From Candidatus Cloacimonadota bacterium (lineage in GTDB: Bacteria; Cloacimonadota; Cloacimonadia; Cloacimonadales; Cloacimonadaceae), in NCBI GenBank assembly GCA_022711455.1, contig JAKLEY010000001.1:1-50014 (forward strand): DNA of 50,014 nucleotides, read 5' to 3'. Positions 1 to 9,078 of this stretch are shown here, in pieces; the stretch's first letter is position 1, and the number at the start of each line of letters is the position of its first letter. Below the pieces are notes generated by a model that saw nothing but the letters and a program-made list of their open reading frames with translations, ran no database searches and had not been told where the DNA came from. Both the position numbers and the translations under genes were made by a program.

Positions 1-2
1 GC

Positions 3-425
3 TTTCTGCCCTGGGCGATGACGGTCGATGCTTTCCAACACTGGGTCTATCTGCACCCCGAAGCCTCTGCGGAAGAGCGTTCTGAGGCTTATGTGGAGAT
101 CCACAAACGCTTTTCTGCTTCCGTGAATTGGAGCGGGCTGGAAGACCTGCGCCAAATCGGTTGGATGCTGCAGCTGCACATCTTTGAAGTGCCTTTTTAC
201 TACATTGAATACGGCATGGCACAGCTGGGCGCGCTCTCTATCTACAAGAATTATAAAGAGAATCCGCACAAAGCTTTAAAGCAATATCAGGACTTCCTGA
301 ATCTGGGCTATTCTCAGCCCGTCAGCAAGATCTATGAAGCTGCCGGAATCAAATTTGACTTCACCGAAGCCCGCATCCGTGAACTCGTGGACTTCGTGGA
401 GCAGGAACTGGCGCTGCTGGACTAA
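3..425 (+). CDS. M3-family oligoendopeptidase (PepF-like), C-terminal fragment; the 5' end lies upstream of the window
   Basis: The frame is open from the window edge to TAA at 423-425. The tail ...HIFEVPFYYIEYGMAQLGALSIYKNY... resembles the conserved C-terminus of M3B oligoendopeptidase F. Confidence 0.7.
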   Translation, partial: FLPWAMTVDAFQHWVYLHPEASAEERSEAYVEIHKRFSASVNWSGLEDLRQIGWMLQLHIFEVPFYYIEYGMAQLGALSIYKNYKENPHKALKQYQDFLNLGYSQPVSKIYEAAGIKFDFTEARIRELVDFVEQELALLD

Positions 426-436
426 AGCTAAAAAAG

Positions 437-1417
437 ATGCTCTCGATCTTCTCTGCCAGCAAGCACGCGCCCTTTAATATAGCCACCGAGGAATATCTCC
501 TGCGCCACACGGAGCACGAGGTATTTCTGCTCTATATCAACCGTCCCTCCATCATCGTGGGCGTGCATCAAAACAGCATTGCCGAGATCAATCTGGACTA
601 TGTGAAAGAACATAAGATCCCTGTGGTCAGGCGTTTAACCGGAGGGGGAACCGTCTTTCACGACCTCGGCAACCTCAATTTCTGCTTCATCATGAAAGCG
701 GCACAGGATTCCCCCTGGAATTTCGAGCGCTACACAGCCCCCATTCTGGAGGTATTGCAGGAGCTGGGAGTGAATGCCATGCTCAAGGGACGCAATGACT
801 TGGTGATCGACGACCGCAAGTTTTCCGGTAATGCCAAGCTGGTCGAAAAAGGCAAGATCCTGCAGCATGGAACCATCCTTTTTGATTCACACATAGGTGC
901 TTTGAGCGCCGCGCTCAAGGTCAATCCGCTCAAATTCAACGATAAAGCCGTCAAATCCGTGCGCTCCCGGGTCACCAACGTCAGTGAGCATCTTCAGCAA
1001 GAGCTGAGTTTGCAGGATTTTACATCTTTAGTGCGAGCCAAGGTGCAGAGCATCTATCCGGAAGTGCGGGACTACAGTTTTTCAGATTCTGAGACCGCTC
1101 AGATTCAAAAACTGGCAGACGAGAAGTATTCAGGCTGGGAGTGGAACTTTGGAGCCTCTCCGAAGTATAACCTCTCCAGAGCTTTACGCACACCGGCAGG
1201 CACTTTGGAAGCCTATCTGGATGTGCAGGAAGGCAAGATCGAAAGCATCCGCGTCTTCGGTGATTTCTTCTCTTCCCGCCCGGTTTCAGAGCTGGAAACT
1301 GCTCTAAAAGGGCTTCCCCACGAGGAAACCGCATTGAGGGCCAAGCTTGCGCAACTGCCTCTGAGCGAATACTTTGGAGCGGTCACGCCGGAAGAAATAC
1401 TGAGCCTTCTGTTCTGA
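437..1417 (+). CDS. lplA: lipoate--protein ligase
   Basis: 326 aa. Motif RRLTGGGTVFHDLGNLNF plus the KFSGNA lysine region are typical of LplA/LplJ, and a C-terminal accessory domain is present. Confidence 0.85.
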   Translation: MLSIFSASKHAPFNIATEEYLLRHTEHEVFLLYINRPSIIVGVHQNSIAEINLDYVKEHKIPVVRRLTGGGTVFHDLGNLNFCFIMKAAQDSPWNFERYTAPILEVLQELGVNAMLKGRNDLVIDDRKFSGNAKLVEKGKILQHGTILFDSHIGALSAALKVNPLKFNDKAVKSVRSRVTNVSEHLQQELSLQDFTSLVRAKVQSIYPEVRDYSFSDSETAQIQKLADEKYSGWEWNFGASPKYNLSRALRTPAGTLEAYLDVQEGKIESIRVFGDFFSSRPVSELETALKGLPHEETALRAKLAQLPLSEYFGAVTPEEILSLLF

Positions 1418-1429
1418 ATTAAGCCGCAT

Positions 1430-1623
1430 TGTAGGTTCGGAATCCTTCCGAACTAACTGCAATACCAGCGTCTTTCAGTCAGTTATTCAGCAGCATCGGC
1501 ATGCTGCTCTACCTGTAGGTTCGGAATCTTTCCGAACTAACTGCAATACCAGCGTCTTTCAGTCAGTTATTCAGCAGCATCGGCATGCTGCTCTACCTGT
1601 AGGTTCGGATGCCGATCCGAACT
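1430..1623. repeat. Tandem 84-bp unit x2 plus a partial third; each unit carries two GTAG/CTAC-flanked hairpins (REP-like doublet)
   Basis: Units 1430-1513 and 1514-1597 differ at one base (aatccttcc vs aatctttcc). Hairpins are TGTAG-GTTCGGAA-n3-TTCCGAAC and CAGCAGCAT-cggc-ATGCTGCTCTAC. A third GTAG hairpin lies at 1598-1623. Confidence 0.9.
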
Positions 1624-1731
1624 GATATCTGGGGATTACAGGACTTTGTTCCTGCACGCGCAGACAAGAATGTCTGCGATCCACATGCAGACACTAATGT
1701 CTCCGTCCCACGGGCTCCCCTTGATCTCATC

Positions 1732-1810
1732 CCTGTCATACCGCTATCATGCCGCTATCAAACCGCTTTCATACCGCTTCGTCAAGGGAGATGAAAGGGA
1801 GAGGACATCA
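1732..1810 (+). repeat. CCGCT-word / G-rich dispersed element, copy 1 of 4
   Basis: cctgtcataccgctatcatgccgctatcaaaccgctttcataccgcttcg is followed by a purine-rich tail gggagatgaaagggagagg. It is similar to 14994-15085 and 23381-23490, and to 40020-40117 in reverse complement. Confidence 0.8.
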
Positions 1811-1855
1811 AGATGACAGGCACATGATCAAAGGGGACCTCCCTCTCATCACTCA

Positions 1856-4800
1856 TTACTCATCACTTATAACTCGAAGTTCCAGCAGCGGATAGGCCCA
1901 TTCCTGTCTGATCTCTTCTTCCGTGAAGATCATGAAGATGGGAGGCAGCCACTGCTTCTCCCGGAGGGTAATTTCACTCCAGAACTGAGTTCGGCTGCGC
2001 ATAAGCTTGGGATCCATGTGGATATAATAATTGAATTTACTGGTATGCAAGAGGTTGAGCCGGGAAGCCGAACCAAACTGCGAGATCTCGATTTGACGGA
2101 AGCTATCCTGGATATGCAGGGCTTCATTGTTGATCCGGTAGCTGTGCCAAGCACCCTGTTCGGAGGGAACTCGCATCCGCCAATCATCCACAGGTGCTTC
2201 CGGATGGAAGAAACAGCTTAGGTGGAAGCTCTGATATTCGGCTTTCCCTGTGCCTTGCTCGATCCGGGTAAAAATTACCAGCAGTGGCAAGCCGGGGAGC
2301 GTCATATAGTATTGGGTGAATCTCAAACCCTTGGCTGCCTCACTTCTGGTGATCAAGCTACTGCAGGATAGCCCCTTCCAGGTCTGTCCCCACTGATCTT
2401 TGACCTCTGCGGATTGCAGCTGGTGTTCCTCCTCAAAGAAAGCACTCATCCGCACAAAGGCAGGATTGATCCCAATACCACCGGGATACGGATTGTAGGA
2501 GGATTTGGGACCGTAGACAGGATATGATCGATCCAGCCATTCCCGGTCCTGATACTTGAGTGAGATCAAGCCCGGTAGCTTGGCATCCTCCGCTGCACTA
2601 AAACTGATAAGCCCATTATCCACAGTATGTTTGACCCCCTGCCTGATCTGTGAAACCTTGCCCCCGGGGGAGAACACGAGCTGTTTGCGCTCTGCGATTG
2701 TGGTGGGGAGAACGGCTTCGCAGGTGATGATCTCTAAAGCCTGGGGAGAGGTCTGCTCCAAATTCCAGCTGATCTGGCGTATATCTTCCTGCAGATCAAA
2801 GCTTTGGCTTTGCTTTGGGAAGGATGGCGCGCTGAGGCTGAAGCTACCCCGGAGGGCTGTATCCAGATGCTGGATGAGCTGAGCTTCAAACTTGTTGACC
2901 ACAAAGGGATTAGACTTGTTGATCACCAGTTCTAAGCTGGGGTATTGAGGCACTGCCCGTTGCCAGGTTTTAGTTGCAAAATCACGCAGTTGATAAGCAT
3001 TCTTGAAGATATCCACCAGCAGCAGCACGGGCTTAGTTTCCATGGTTCCGGATGCTTGCAGGGCAGTCAGATTGTGCTCCCAAACCATCCCCCATTCCTC
3101 GATCACGACTTTCCGGGCAGGGTCCCAGACCAGTCCGTAGTAGGCATCATCGTCTTTGGCAAAAATCCAATTCTCACCGATCGCGTCCACCGGCAATTCA
3201 CCCAGTCCCAGATCCGGCAAATCCTGTTCCAGCCTTAATATTCTTCCATTTTGAGCGAAACTGAGCGCAGACTGGCTTATGCTAACTTTTTGTTTGAGCC
3301 AGATATCGTCTTCGGTATCAGGGACTTTCAGGATTCTGATGCTATATTCCAGCATACCGGTGGGATAGAGCGTGTATACTCGTGCGAATTCCAAACCGGG
3401 GATTTCGCGGGAGTGGTAGACGCTGAGCAGTTGATTTGCCTGGCCCAGCTCTGTAAATATATATTCCACCGGTGCTTCCGAGAGAAACTCTTCGCTGTAG
3501 GGCTTTCCCACCAGGCAGGGTTGCAAGCCAAAGCCATTGTTGTTGAATACCCGGAAGGAGCCCCAATTGGAGTAGATCTTACGGTTGAAGGAAACCATGC
3601 TCAAACCGTTGATCAGTAACACATATTCACGGGTAAGCCTTTGATCCCTGCCCTGGGGTGAATTGATGATCAGGGTTACGGGTTTGCCAAATTTTAGCTC
3701 CGGCAATCCATCCGGTTTGGCACGGACCCTGATCTCGGGTTCATAAACGCAAGCCCCGCTGATGCTTAGGTAGAGTGACAGAAAAGAGCTTTCCCCTGCC
3801 TGCAAGCGGATGCTGTGCTTAGCTCCTCTCAGCTTAACTGTCTGTATCTCATCCAGTTCGATCTGATAATCACAGGCCACCGGAAAGTTGTTTCTCAGGT
3901 TCAGATAGACGGTCTGTTCGCGTCCGGGATAGCCGAGGGATTGGGTGTTGCGCAGCTCCAGATCCAGGGGATACTGGATCTTGAGTCCACACTTGAGTTC
4001 AATGCTTTTCCCATCCAGACAGAAGCTGCTTTTCACCCCGGGATAAGTCTTCCATTCCGAGTTATCTTCATCCGGAGGATCGAGGTGAAAGCGCGAGTAG
4101 GCAAGGGTTTTCCCTTTCAACCTGAGGCTTTGATCCAGAGTATGCAAGACATTTTTATCGTCTCTTCCGCTCAGAAAGACGTTTCTGCTGCTTTCCCCCT
4201 TGATATCTATCTCGTAGTCTATGTCATAGCTTGCGCCAAAGACAGGCTTGGGGGTTTTGATATGGGTGGAGACTTCAAAATCGGGGCTGCGAAGACAGAA
4301 CAGACCTCTGCCAAAGCGCTCGATGCTGATCGCGAGCTGCCGTCCGTCTTTTTCCCAGAGATAATCGAAGAGCTCAAAACCATTCTCATCCCGTCCGTCC
4401 GGCTCCACAGAGAGATCCCGAACCTGATCTTCATACCAGTGAAATTCCTCAAAATATGGTTTTAGGAGCTCATTATTCAGCAAACCGGGCAGGAAATTCA
4501 TCAGATGAGTGTTTTGAGAATCCATTTTCTCCCAGAAAAAGCCGCATTTCTTGTATAAAGGCACCGCTTTGGTGTTCCCGGCCCAGGTGAAAAGATCCAG
4601 ACGCTGATAACCCAGTTCCGTGGCTCGCAGCACGCATTTCTGCATCAGGTCACGCCCCACTCCTTTGCCATGCCAGAGCGGATCGACATTGAGCAGCTCC
4701 ACATCAGCCACGCCTTTTTCCATAATGTATTCAGCCAGTTTGGCATAACCGATTACCTGCTCATCCGCAATTGCAAGATAGAGATGGAGATAGCCTCCAT

Positions 4801-4990
4801 TGCCCTCTTCCTGCTGAACTTTGCTTGCAGAAGTGGAAAAGACTCTGCCGTTCCAGCCACTGTTGCTGCGTTTCCACATATTGGCAATTTCTGAAGCCAA
4901 AGAAGGATGGTATTCCACGATCTGCCAAGGGGTTTTGGGGCTCTTCGGAGCAGTGCCCAGGGCGTGAACAGTTTTGTTTCTCATCGTCAT
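1856..4990 (-). CDS. Large GNAT-family N-acetyltransferase fusion protein (N-terminal GNAT domain plus ~870 aa of unknown function)
   Basis: Uninterrupted 1044-codon ORF. Residues ~60-170 carry the GNAT core (LWHGKGVGRDLMQKCVLRATELGY...AVPLYKKCGFFWE). I recognise no motif in the remainder. Confidence 0.6.
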   Translation of the reverse strand: MTMRNKTVHALGTAPKSPKTPWQIVEYHPSLASEIANMWKRSNSGWNGRVFSTSASKVQQEEGNGGYLHLYLAIADEQVIGYAKLAEYIMEKGVADVELLNVDPLWHGKGVGRDLMQKCVLRATELGYQRLDLFTWAGNTKAVPLYKKCGFFWEKMDSQNTHLMNFLPGLLNNELLKPYFEEFHWYEDQVRDLSVEPDGRDENGFELFDYLWEKDGRQLAISIERFGRGLFCLRSPDFEVSTHIKTPKPVFGASYDIDYEIDIKGESSRNVFLSGRDDKNVLHTLDQSLRLKGKTLAYSRFHLDPPDEDNSEWKTYPGVKSSFCLDGKSIELKCGLKIQYPLDLELRNTQSLGYPGREQTVYLNLRNNFPVACDYQIELDEIQTVKLRGAKHSIRLQAGESSFLSLYLSISGACVYEPEIRVRAKPDGLPELKFGKPVTLIINSPQGRDQRLTREYVLLINGLSMVSFNRKIYSNWGSFRVFNNNGFGLQPCLVGKPYSEEFLSEAPVEYIFTELGQANQLLSVYHSREIPGLEFARVYTLYPTGMLEYSIRILKVPDTEDDIWLKQKVSISQSALSFAQNGRILRLEQDLPDLGLGELPVDAIGENWIFAKDDDAYYGLVWDPARKVVIEEWGMVWEHNLTALQASGTMETKPVLLLVDIFKNAYQLRDFATKTWQRAVPQYPSLELVINKSNPFVVNKFEAQLIQHLDTALRGSFSLSAPSFPKQSQSFDLQEDIRQISWNLEQTSPQALEIITCEAVLPTTIAERKQLVFSPGGKVSQIRQGVKHTVDNGLISFSAAEDAKLPGLISLKYQDREWLDRSYPVYGPKSSYNPYPGGIGINPAFVRMSAFFEEEHQLQSAEVKDQWGQTWKGLSCSSLITRSEAAKGLRFTQYYMTLPGLPLLVIFTRIEQGTGKAEYQSFHLSCFFHPEAPVDDWRMRVPSEQGAWHSYRINNEALHIQDSFRQIEISQFGSASRLNLLHTSKFNYYIHMDPKLMRSRTQFWSEITLREKQWLPPIFMIFTEEEIRQEWAYPLLELRVISDE

Positions 4991-5147
4991 AATCTTCTCT
5001 CAGTCATTAGCTTAGGGCTATGTTTCGGACTAAAGCTCTAATTTTCTGACTATAGGTTCAGTAATCCGGTAGATGTCAAGAACAACTATGTAGTTTATAA
5101 TGAATTTGCTCAAAGGTTAGTCCGGGCAGTTACGACTGACAAGTGGC

Positions 5148-5197
5148 GCCCTAATCCCTAATCCCTAATCCCTAATCCCTGGTCCCTAATTCCTAAC
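5148..5197. repeat. Degenerate heptamer microsatellite (CCCTAAT)n
   Basis: ccctaatccctaatccctaatccctggtccctaattcctaa, about 55 nt downstream of the stop of the 5253-5981 gene. Confidence 0.9.
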
Positions 5198-5252
5198 GCA
5201 GTTCCCTGGTCAAAACCCGATTCGCTGTCATTTCCGGAATCAAGAGCCAGAT

Positions 5253-5981
5253 CTAATCTCCCGATATCCAGGTGAAGAAATCCGCGGCACCGGAAAGCCT
5301 GCTCCAGACCTGCTTTGGTTCCGAGTTCCGGTCTTTCAGCCGGTAGATCGCTCCGCTTTGCCAGCTGGAAAAGTAGAGCTCTCCATCCGGAGCCATGCCC
5401 AGTCCGTCCAGATTGCCCAAATTCGTGCTTTTATAGAGGCTGAGCTTGCCATCCGGCAGAGAGATCTCCTGAATGGGCGAATTCGGACGCAGGGAGACCA
5501 GCAGCAGACGGTTTTTGGCACTATCATAGATAATTCCGTTGGGATTTTGGATCCCCTGGCTGAGGAAAGTGGAGACATCTTGGTTTGAGGGCTGGTATTT
5601 GAAGATCTTACTGGCTTTGCTGTCTGTGATATAGACGTTTCCGACGCTATCCACGGTGACGTCGTTGAGGAAGACGGAACCGGGGACAGGGAGGGTCTTG
5701 ACCAATTTATCCGTCTCCAGTTCATAGACCAGCAAACCCTGTTCCGAAGCGGCATAGAGGGTGCGATTGTAAATGTAGAGCCCCCGGACGGCACCCTTGC
5801 CTTGCACGATCGGAGCGTAAGTCTTCAGGTCTTTGGAAGCAATGATGCTGCCGTCACCGGTGTTGCTGACGTAATAAGTCTCTGTCTGAAAGTCATAACA
5901 AACGCTTTCCGGACGGTTGAGACCTGCCGCGCTCAGGCTCACAAAATAAAGCGCCAGAATAAAACTAAGGATTGTTTTCAT
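5253..5981 (-). CDS. Secreted beta-propeller protein (SMP-30/gluconolactonase/LRE-like or NHL-like)
   Basis: Start moved to the ATG at 5981 (AGGAG 6 nt upstream). Signal peptide MKTILSFILALYFVSLSAAG. Repeated blades such as YVSNTGDGSI, YITDSKASKIFKY, NGIIYDSAKNRLLLVS. Confidence 0.55.
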   Translation of the reverse strand: MKTILSFILALYFVSLSAAGLNRPESVCYDFQTETYYVSNTGDGSIIASKDLKTYAPIVQGKGAVRGLYIYNRTLYAASEQGLLVYELETDKLVKTLPVPGSVFLNDVTVDSVGNVYITDSKASKIFKYQPSNQDVSTFLSQGIQNPNGIIYDSAKNRLLLVSLRPNSPIQEISLPDGKLSLYKSTNLGNLDGLGMAPDGELYFSSWQSGAIYRLKDRNSEPKQVWSRLSGAADFFTWISGD

Positions 5982-6023
5982 GATCACTCCTCATTTTCTC
6001 TGATGATATACTAATGCAATCCA

Positions 6024-6136
6024 TGTAGTGTCGCGCTCTGATGCGACGATAAATCACAAACTCAGTTCTATGTAGTGTCGCACTCCGATGCGACAACGAG
6101 CTGTGCAGTTAGTTCGGAACGGAGTCCGAACCTACA
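6024..6136. repeat. REP-like cluster (three GTAG-headed hairpins)
   Basis: TGTAGTGTCGCgctctgaTGCGAC at 6024-6048, TGTAGTGTCGCActccgaTGCGACA at 6071-6095, and GTTCGGAacggagTCCGAACCTACA at 6112-6136 in the opposite orientation. Confidence 0.85.
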
Positions 6137-6148
6137 AGACAGGCGCGG

Positions 6149-6197
6149 CTTAATTCTTAATTCCCCTAATCAGCTAATCCGTTAATCTGCTAATCTA
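6149..6197. repeat. Word microsatellite (ttaattc / ctaatc words); overlaps the stop codon of the GyrI-like gene
   Basis: cttaattcttaattcccctaatcagctaatccgttaatctgctaatc. The 16-mer gcttaattcttaattc is identical to the right arm of the hairpin at 10931-10946. Confidence 0.8.
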
Positions 6198-6667
6198 ACG
6201 ATAGGTACCCAGATCTCCATCACGGAATCAGGCTGGCCAAATTTGAAGCGTTCGTCATAGAGCTCGAAATCATCTGCTTCCGCTCTGCTGTATCCGCTTT
6301 TGGGCATCCACTCTCCATAGATGGCATCATAGGTTTCGTGAAGCGTGGCCAGGCTGCCAAGATGTTCAAACACAGCATATTCCGCAGCCGGGACGTCCCG
6401 CGCGAGCATACCTTCCGGAGCTTCCTGATCAGGTTTCACTTCCATTCCGGCCAGGTAGGTGAAGGGAGTGTCGTCCGTCATTTTGTCCATTTCTTCAAAG
6501 TAACAGACGCCGATCGCGGCTTGCGGATTCAGAATACCTGGGATTTGAGGGTTGAACTTGCCAAATTGATCCCAGAGAGCAGGGATATTGTTCTGCTTCA
6601 TGGTCGATTCACAGGTCTTTCCGATTACGCGGAAAGCGGCTTTGGTCTTCATTTTGGGGCTTAACAT
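6182..6667 (-). CDS. GyrI-like small-molecule-binding domain protein (AraC effector-binding fold)
   Basis: Start placed at the ATG at 6667 (AAGGAG 7 nt upstream), not at the longer track ORF start. The sequence FRVIGK...IPALWDQF...GVCY...YLAGMEV...EYAVFEHLG...ELYDERF is typical of the GyrI-like/SOUL fold. Confidence 0.7.
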   Translation of the reverse strand: MLSPKMKTKAAFRVIGKTCESTMKQNNIPALWDQFGKFNPQIPGILNPQAAIGVCYFEEMDKMTDDTPFTYLAGMEVKPDQEAPEGMLARDVPAAEYAVFEHLGSLATLHETYDAIYGEWMPKSGYSRAEADDFELYDERFKFGQPDSVMEIWVPIVRLAD

Positions 6668-6813
6668 CTTTTCTCCTTTGACGTTTTGATCTTTCTTACT
6701 GTAGCGGGAAGAGGAAAAGATGTCAATATTTATTTTTGGGGTTTCAGGGGTAGAGGGGTTCAGGGCTTTAGTCGCGCCATGCATAGCAAACACTCCGAAC
6801 CCCAAAAAAGACA

Positions 6814-6873
6814 TTGACAGAAAAGCCGGCACTCAATAACGTGCTAATCAGGAATCAGATTCCGGATTAGCAC
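6814..6873 (+). promoter_or_regulatory. Candidate promoter (TTGACA at 6814-6819) followed by a 33-nt near-perfect palindrome just upstream of the RBS of the ATPase gene
   Basis: GTGCTAATCaGGAATCaGATTCCgGATTAGCAC at 6841-6873 pairs at 15 of 16 positions. The -10 is weak (TAACGT), so the promoter call is tentative. Confidence 0.35.
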
Positions 6874-6889
6874 GATTTTAGGAGAAACT

Positions 6890-8053
6890 ATGATCAGAAG
6901 GACGATGCAGGATCACTTGTCTGAGGCTGGCAGGGGTTTCCCTGTGATAACCATCACCGGGCCTCGTCAATCGGGAAAGACTACTTTGGCCAAAATGGCT
7001 TATCCCGATTACACATACTTTGATCTGGAACTAATGCAAAACAGGGAGATCCTGAAAAACGACCCCCGCGTTCTGCTCGATGATCCCCGTGGGCACTACA
7101 TCCTTGATGAGTTTCAGTATGTGCCGGAGATACTTAGCGTTGTAAAGACCATGGTAGACGCATCAGGGCTAAAGCAACAATTCGTGCTCACTGGGTCAAA
7201 TCATTTTGCCATGATGCATGGAATATCCCAATCTTTGGCAGGCAGAACAGCTATCTTTGAACTAATGCCCTTCAGTCTTTCCGAGGCAAAGCAGCCAAAC
7301 TCTGAACCGGACAGGCTTATGTTTCGCGGGCTCTATCCCAGGCTCATCAATGAAGACATGGATCCAGGCCTCTTTTATGGTGCTTACACAGCCACCTACC
7401 TGCAGAAAGACGTAAGGATGGTATCCAACGTTCAGGATCTGGATACTTTCGGGAGATTTCTGACGCTCTGTGCCAGCCGGACGGGCTCGATCCTGAATAA
7501 AGAATCTTTGGCAGGGGACGTCGGAGTTGATGCAAAAACCATTTCCAACTGGCTGTCGGTATTGCAAAGCAGTTACATCATCCACCTCTTGCAACCCTAC
7601 CACAGCAATATCGGAAAGCGCCTGATCAAAACGCCCAAGCTCTACTTTCTGGATACAGGATTGGTTTGCGGACTTCTGGGGATCCGTTCTGAGCGCGATC
7701 TGGCCACTCACCCTCTGCGCGGGAACATCTTTGAGACCATGATCGTAAGCGAAACCCTGAAGTTTTACCGGAACCGCGGGGTAAATCCACCCCTATTTTA
7801 TTATCGCGAAAGAGCCGGTTTTGAAGTGGATATCGTGATCACTAAAGGAGATAAGCTACTTCCTGTGGAGATCAAATCCGCTTCTGTGGTCAATCCCTTT
7901 ATGCGCGGAAAGCTTGAGCGCTTTGCTAAAGCCTATTCTGCTCCGGAGCGCTGGTTGGTCTATGCCGGCTCCACTACCTGGACCAGCGGAGACACGCAAA
8001 ACATGTCATTTTGGGATCTGGAACAACGCCTTGCCGGCTATGAGGCTATATAA
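6890..8053 (+). CDS. AAA+ ATPase with C-terminal DUF4143-like domain (COG1373-type)
   Basis: AGGAG RBS. Walker A GPRQSGKTT, Walker B-like YILDEFQ, 387 aa, with the typical architecture of this family. Confidence 0.8.
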   Translation: MIRRTMQDHLSEAGRGFPVITITGPRQSGKTTLAKMAYPDYTYFDLELMQNREILKNDPRVLLDDPRGHYILDEFQYVPEILSVVKTMVDASGLKQQFVLTGSNHFAMMHGISQSLAGRTAIFELMPFSLSEAKQPNSEPDRLMFRGLYPRLINEDMDPGLFYGAYTATYLQKDVRMVSNVQDLDTFGRFLTLCASRTGSILNKESLAGDVGVDAKTISNWLSVLQSSYIIHLLQPYHSNIGKRLIKTPKLYFLDTGLVCGLLGIRSERDLATHPLRGNIFETMIVSETLKFYRNRGVNPPLFYYRERAGFEVDIVITKGDKLLPVEIKSASVVNPFMRGKLERFAKAYSAPERWLVYAGSTTWTSGDTQNMSFWDLEQRLAGYEAI

Positions 8054-8123
8054 GAGCAGGGGTGAAGGGGCTCGACTACACCCCTGCACCCCTGCAAACC
8101 TGCAACCCTTGTTAAAAAACCTC

Positions 8124-8151
8124 TTGACTCTCTTCAGCAAAGATTTAAACT
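8124..8151 (+). promoter_or_regulatory. Candidate sigma70-type promoter of the pirin gene (TTGACT-N16-TAAACT)
   Basis: Hexamers at 8124-8129 and 8146-8151, about 30 nt upstream of the ATG at 8181. Confidence 0.3.
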
Positions 8152-8180
8152 GAACCCTAACAACTATAAAGGACTGAATT

Positions 8181-9014
8181 ATGAGAAAGATCAAACTGAT
8201 AAAATCGACCTCAGCCACCATCGACGGAGCGGGAGTGCATTTGCAGAAAGCCTTTGGCTATCACGAAACCGCACTCTTCGATCCCTTTCTGATGCTGGAC
8301 GACTTTCGCAACGACAGACCGGAAGATTATCTGCCGGGTTTCCCCTGGCATCCGCACCGGGGTATAGAGACCATCACCTATATGCTGGAAGGCTTTGCCG
8401 AACACGGAGACAGCATGGGCAACAAAGGTGTTTTGGGCAAAGGCGACGTGCAATGGATGACCGCCGGCTCCGGAATCATTCATCAGGAAATGATGCGTCC
8501 GGGCGAAAAGGGCAGAATGTATGGCTTTCAGCTCTGGTCCAATCTTCCCGCTTCGCACAAGATGATGCCGCCCCGTTATCAGGATATCAAAGCTGCAAAG
8601 ATCCCGACCGTGAAAGACCCTCAGGGCGCGGAAGTCCGGTTGATCTGCGGAACATATCTGGGTCAGGAAGGCCCTGTGAAGGATATCATCACCGATCCCG
8701 TGTATCTGGATTTCCGCTGCGAACCCAAGCGTAAGCTCACCATTCCCACGCATTTGGGGCACACCTGCTTCATCTATTGCTATGGAGGGCAGGGCTTTAT
8801 CGATGGCAAATCTGTCGTGAACCGTCAGGTCGTGCTCTTTGAAGACGGGGACAGCCTCGAACTCGAAAGCGGTGACAAGGGTTTTGATTTCATCTTCCTC
8901 ACCGGAAAGCCCCTGCACGAGCCGATTTCCTGGCGCGGACCGATCGTGATGAATACAGCCGATGAGATCAAACAAGCCTTCCGGGAACTGGACAACGATA
9001 CGTTCATCAAGTGA
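8181..9014 (+). CDS. pirin-family protein (bicupin)
   Basis: 277 aa. The metal-binding cupin motif HPHRGIETITYMLEG...H is characteristic of pirin/YhhW. Confidence 0.9.
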   Translation: MRKIKLIKSTSATIDGAGVHLQKAFGYHETALFDPFLMLDDFRNDRPEDYLPGFPWHPHRGIETITYMLEGFAEHGDSMGNKGVLGKGDVQWMTAGSGIIHQEMMRPGEKGRMYGFQLWSNLPASHKMMPPRYQDIKAAKIPTVKDPQGAEVRLICGTYLGQEGPVKDIITDPVYLDFRCEPKRKLTIPTHLGHTCFIYCYGGQGFIDGKSVVNRQVVLFEDGDSLELESGDKGFDFIFLTGKPLHEPISWRGPIVMNTADEIKQAFRELDNDTFIK

Positions 9015-9047
9015 GTTAATGGGTTAATAAGTTAATGGGTTAATGAG
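9015..9047. repeat. Period-8 word microsatellite (GTTAATGG/GTTAATAA)
   Basis: gttaatgggttaataagttaatgggttaatgag starts immediately after the pirin stop. It carries TAA in all three forward frames. Confidence 0.9.
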
Positions 9048-9068
9048 TGACGGGGTTCCCCCCGTCAC
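9047..9068. terminator. GC-rich hairpin between convergent pirin and tfoX-like genes (candidate bidirectional terminator)
   Basis: GTGACGGGG-ttcc-CCCCGTCAC with a 9-bp stem. There is no clear U-run on either side. Confidence 0.5.
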
Positions 9069-9078
9069 TCGTCATTTG

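Noticed and set aside
1430-1623. A possible CRISPR array: a 25-nt hairpin repeat recurs at regular 84-nt spacing.
   Set aside because: The sequences between the hairpins are identical in both units, so this is a tandem duplication and not repeats with unique spacers. Only 2.3 units are present, no cas genes are nearby, and the same hairpin occurs singly elsewhere.
1609-1794. Small ORFs 1609-1794 and 23141-23515 share the peptide PVIP(L/V)SCR(Y/F)QTAF. ORFs 42884-43117 and 43711-44064 share VLEF(S/C)GFEESRR.
   Set aside because: The shared peptides are translations of dispersed DNA repeats (the CCGCT-word element and the nested-palindrome end with its AAAACTCC words). There is no RBS and no coherent ORF structure.
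5148-5197. A telomere-like CCCTAAT heptamer run.
   Set aside because: It is short, degenerate and internal to a bacterial gene array. It is one of many period-7/8 word tracts with different words, so nothing indicates a chromosome end.
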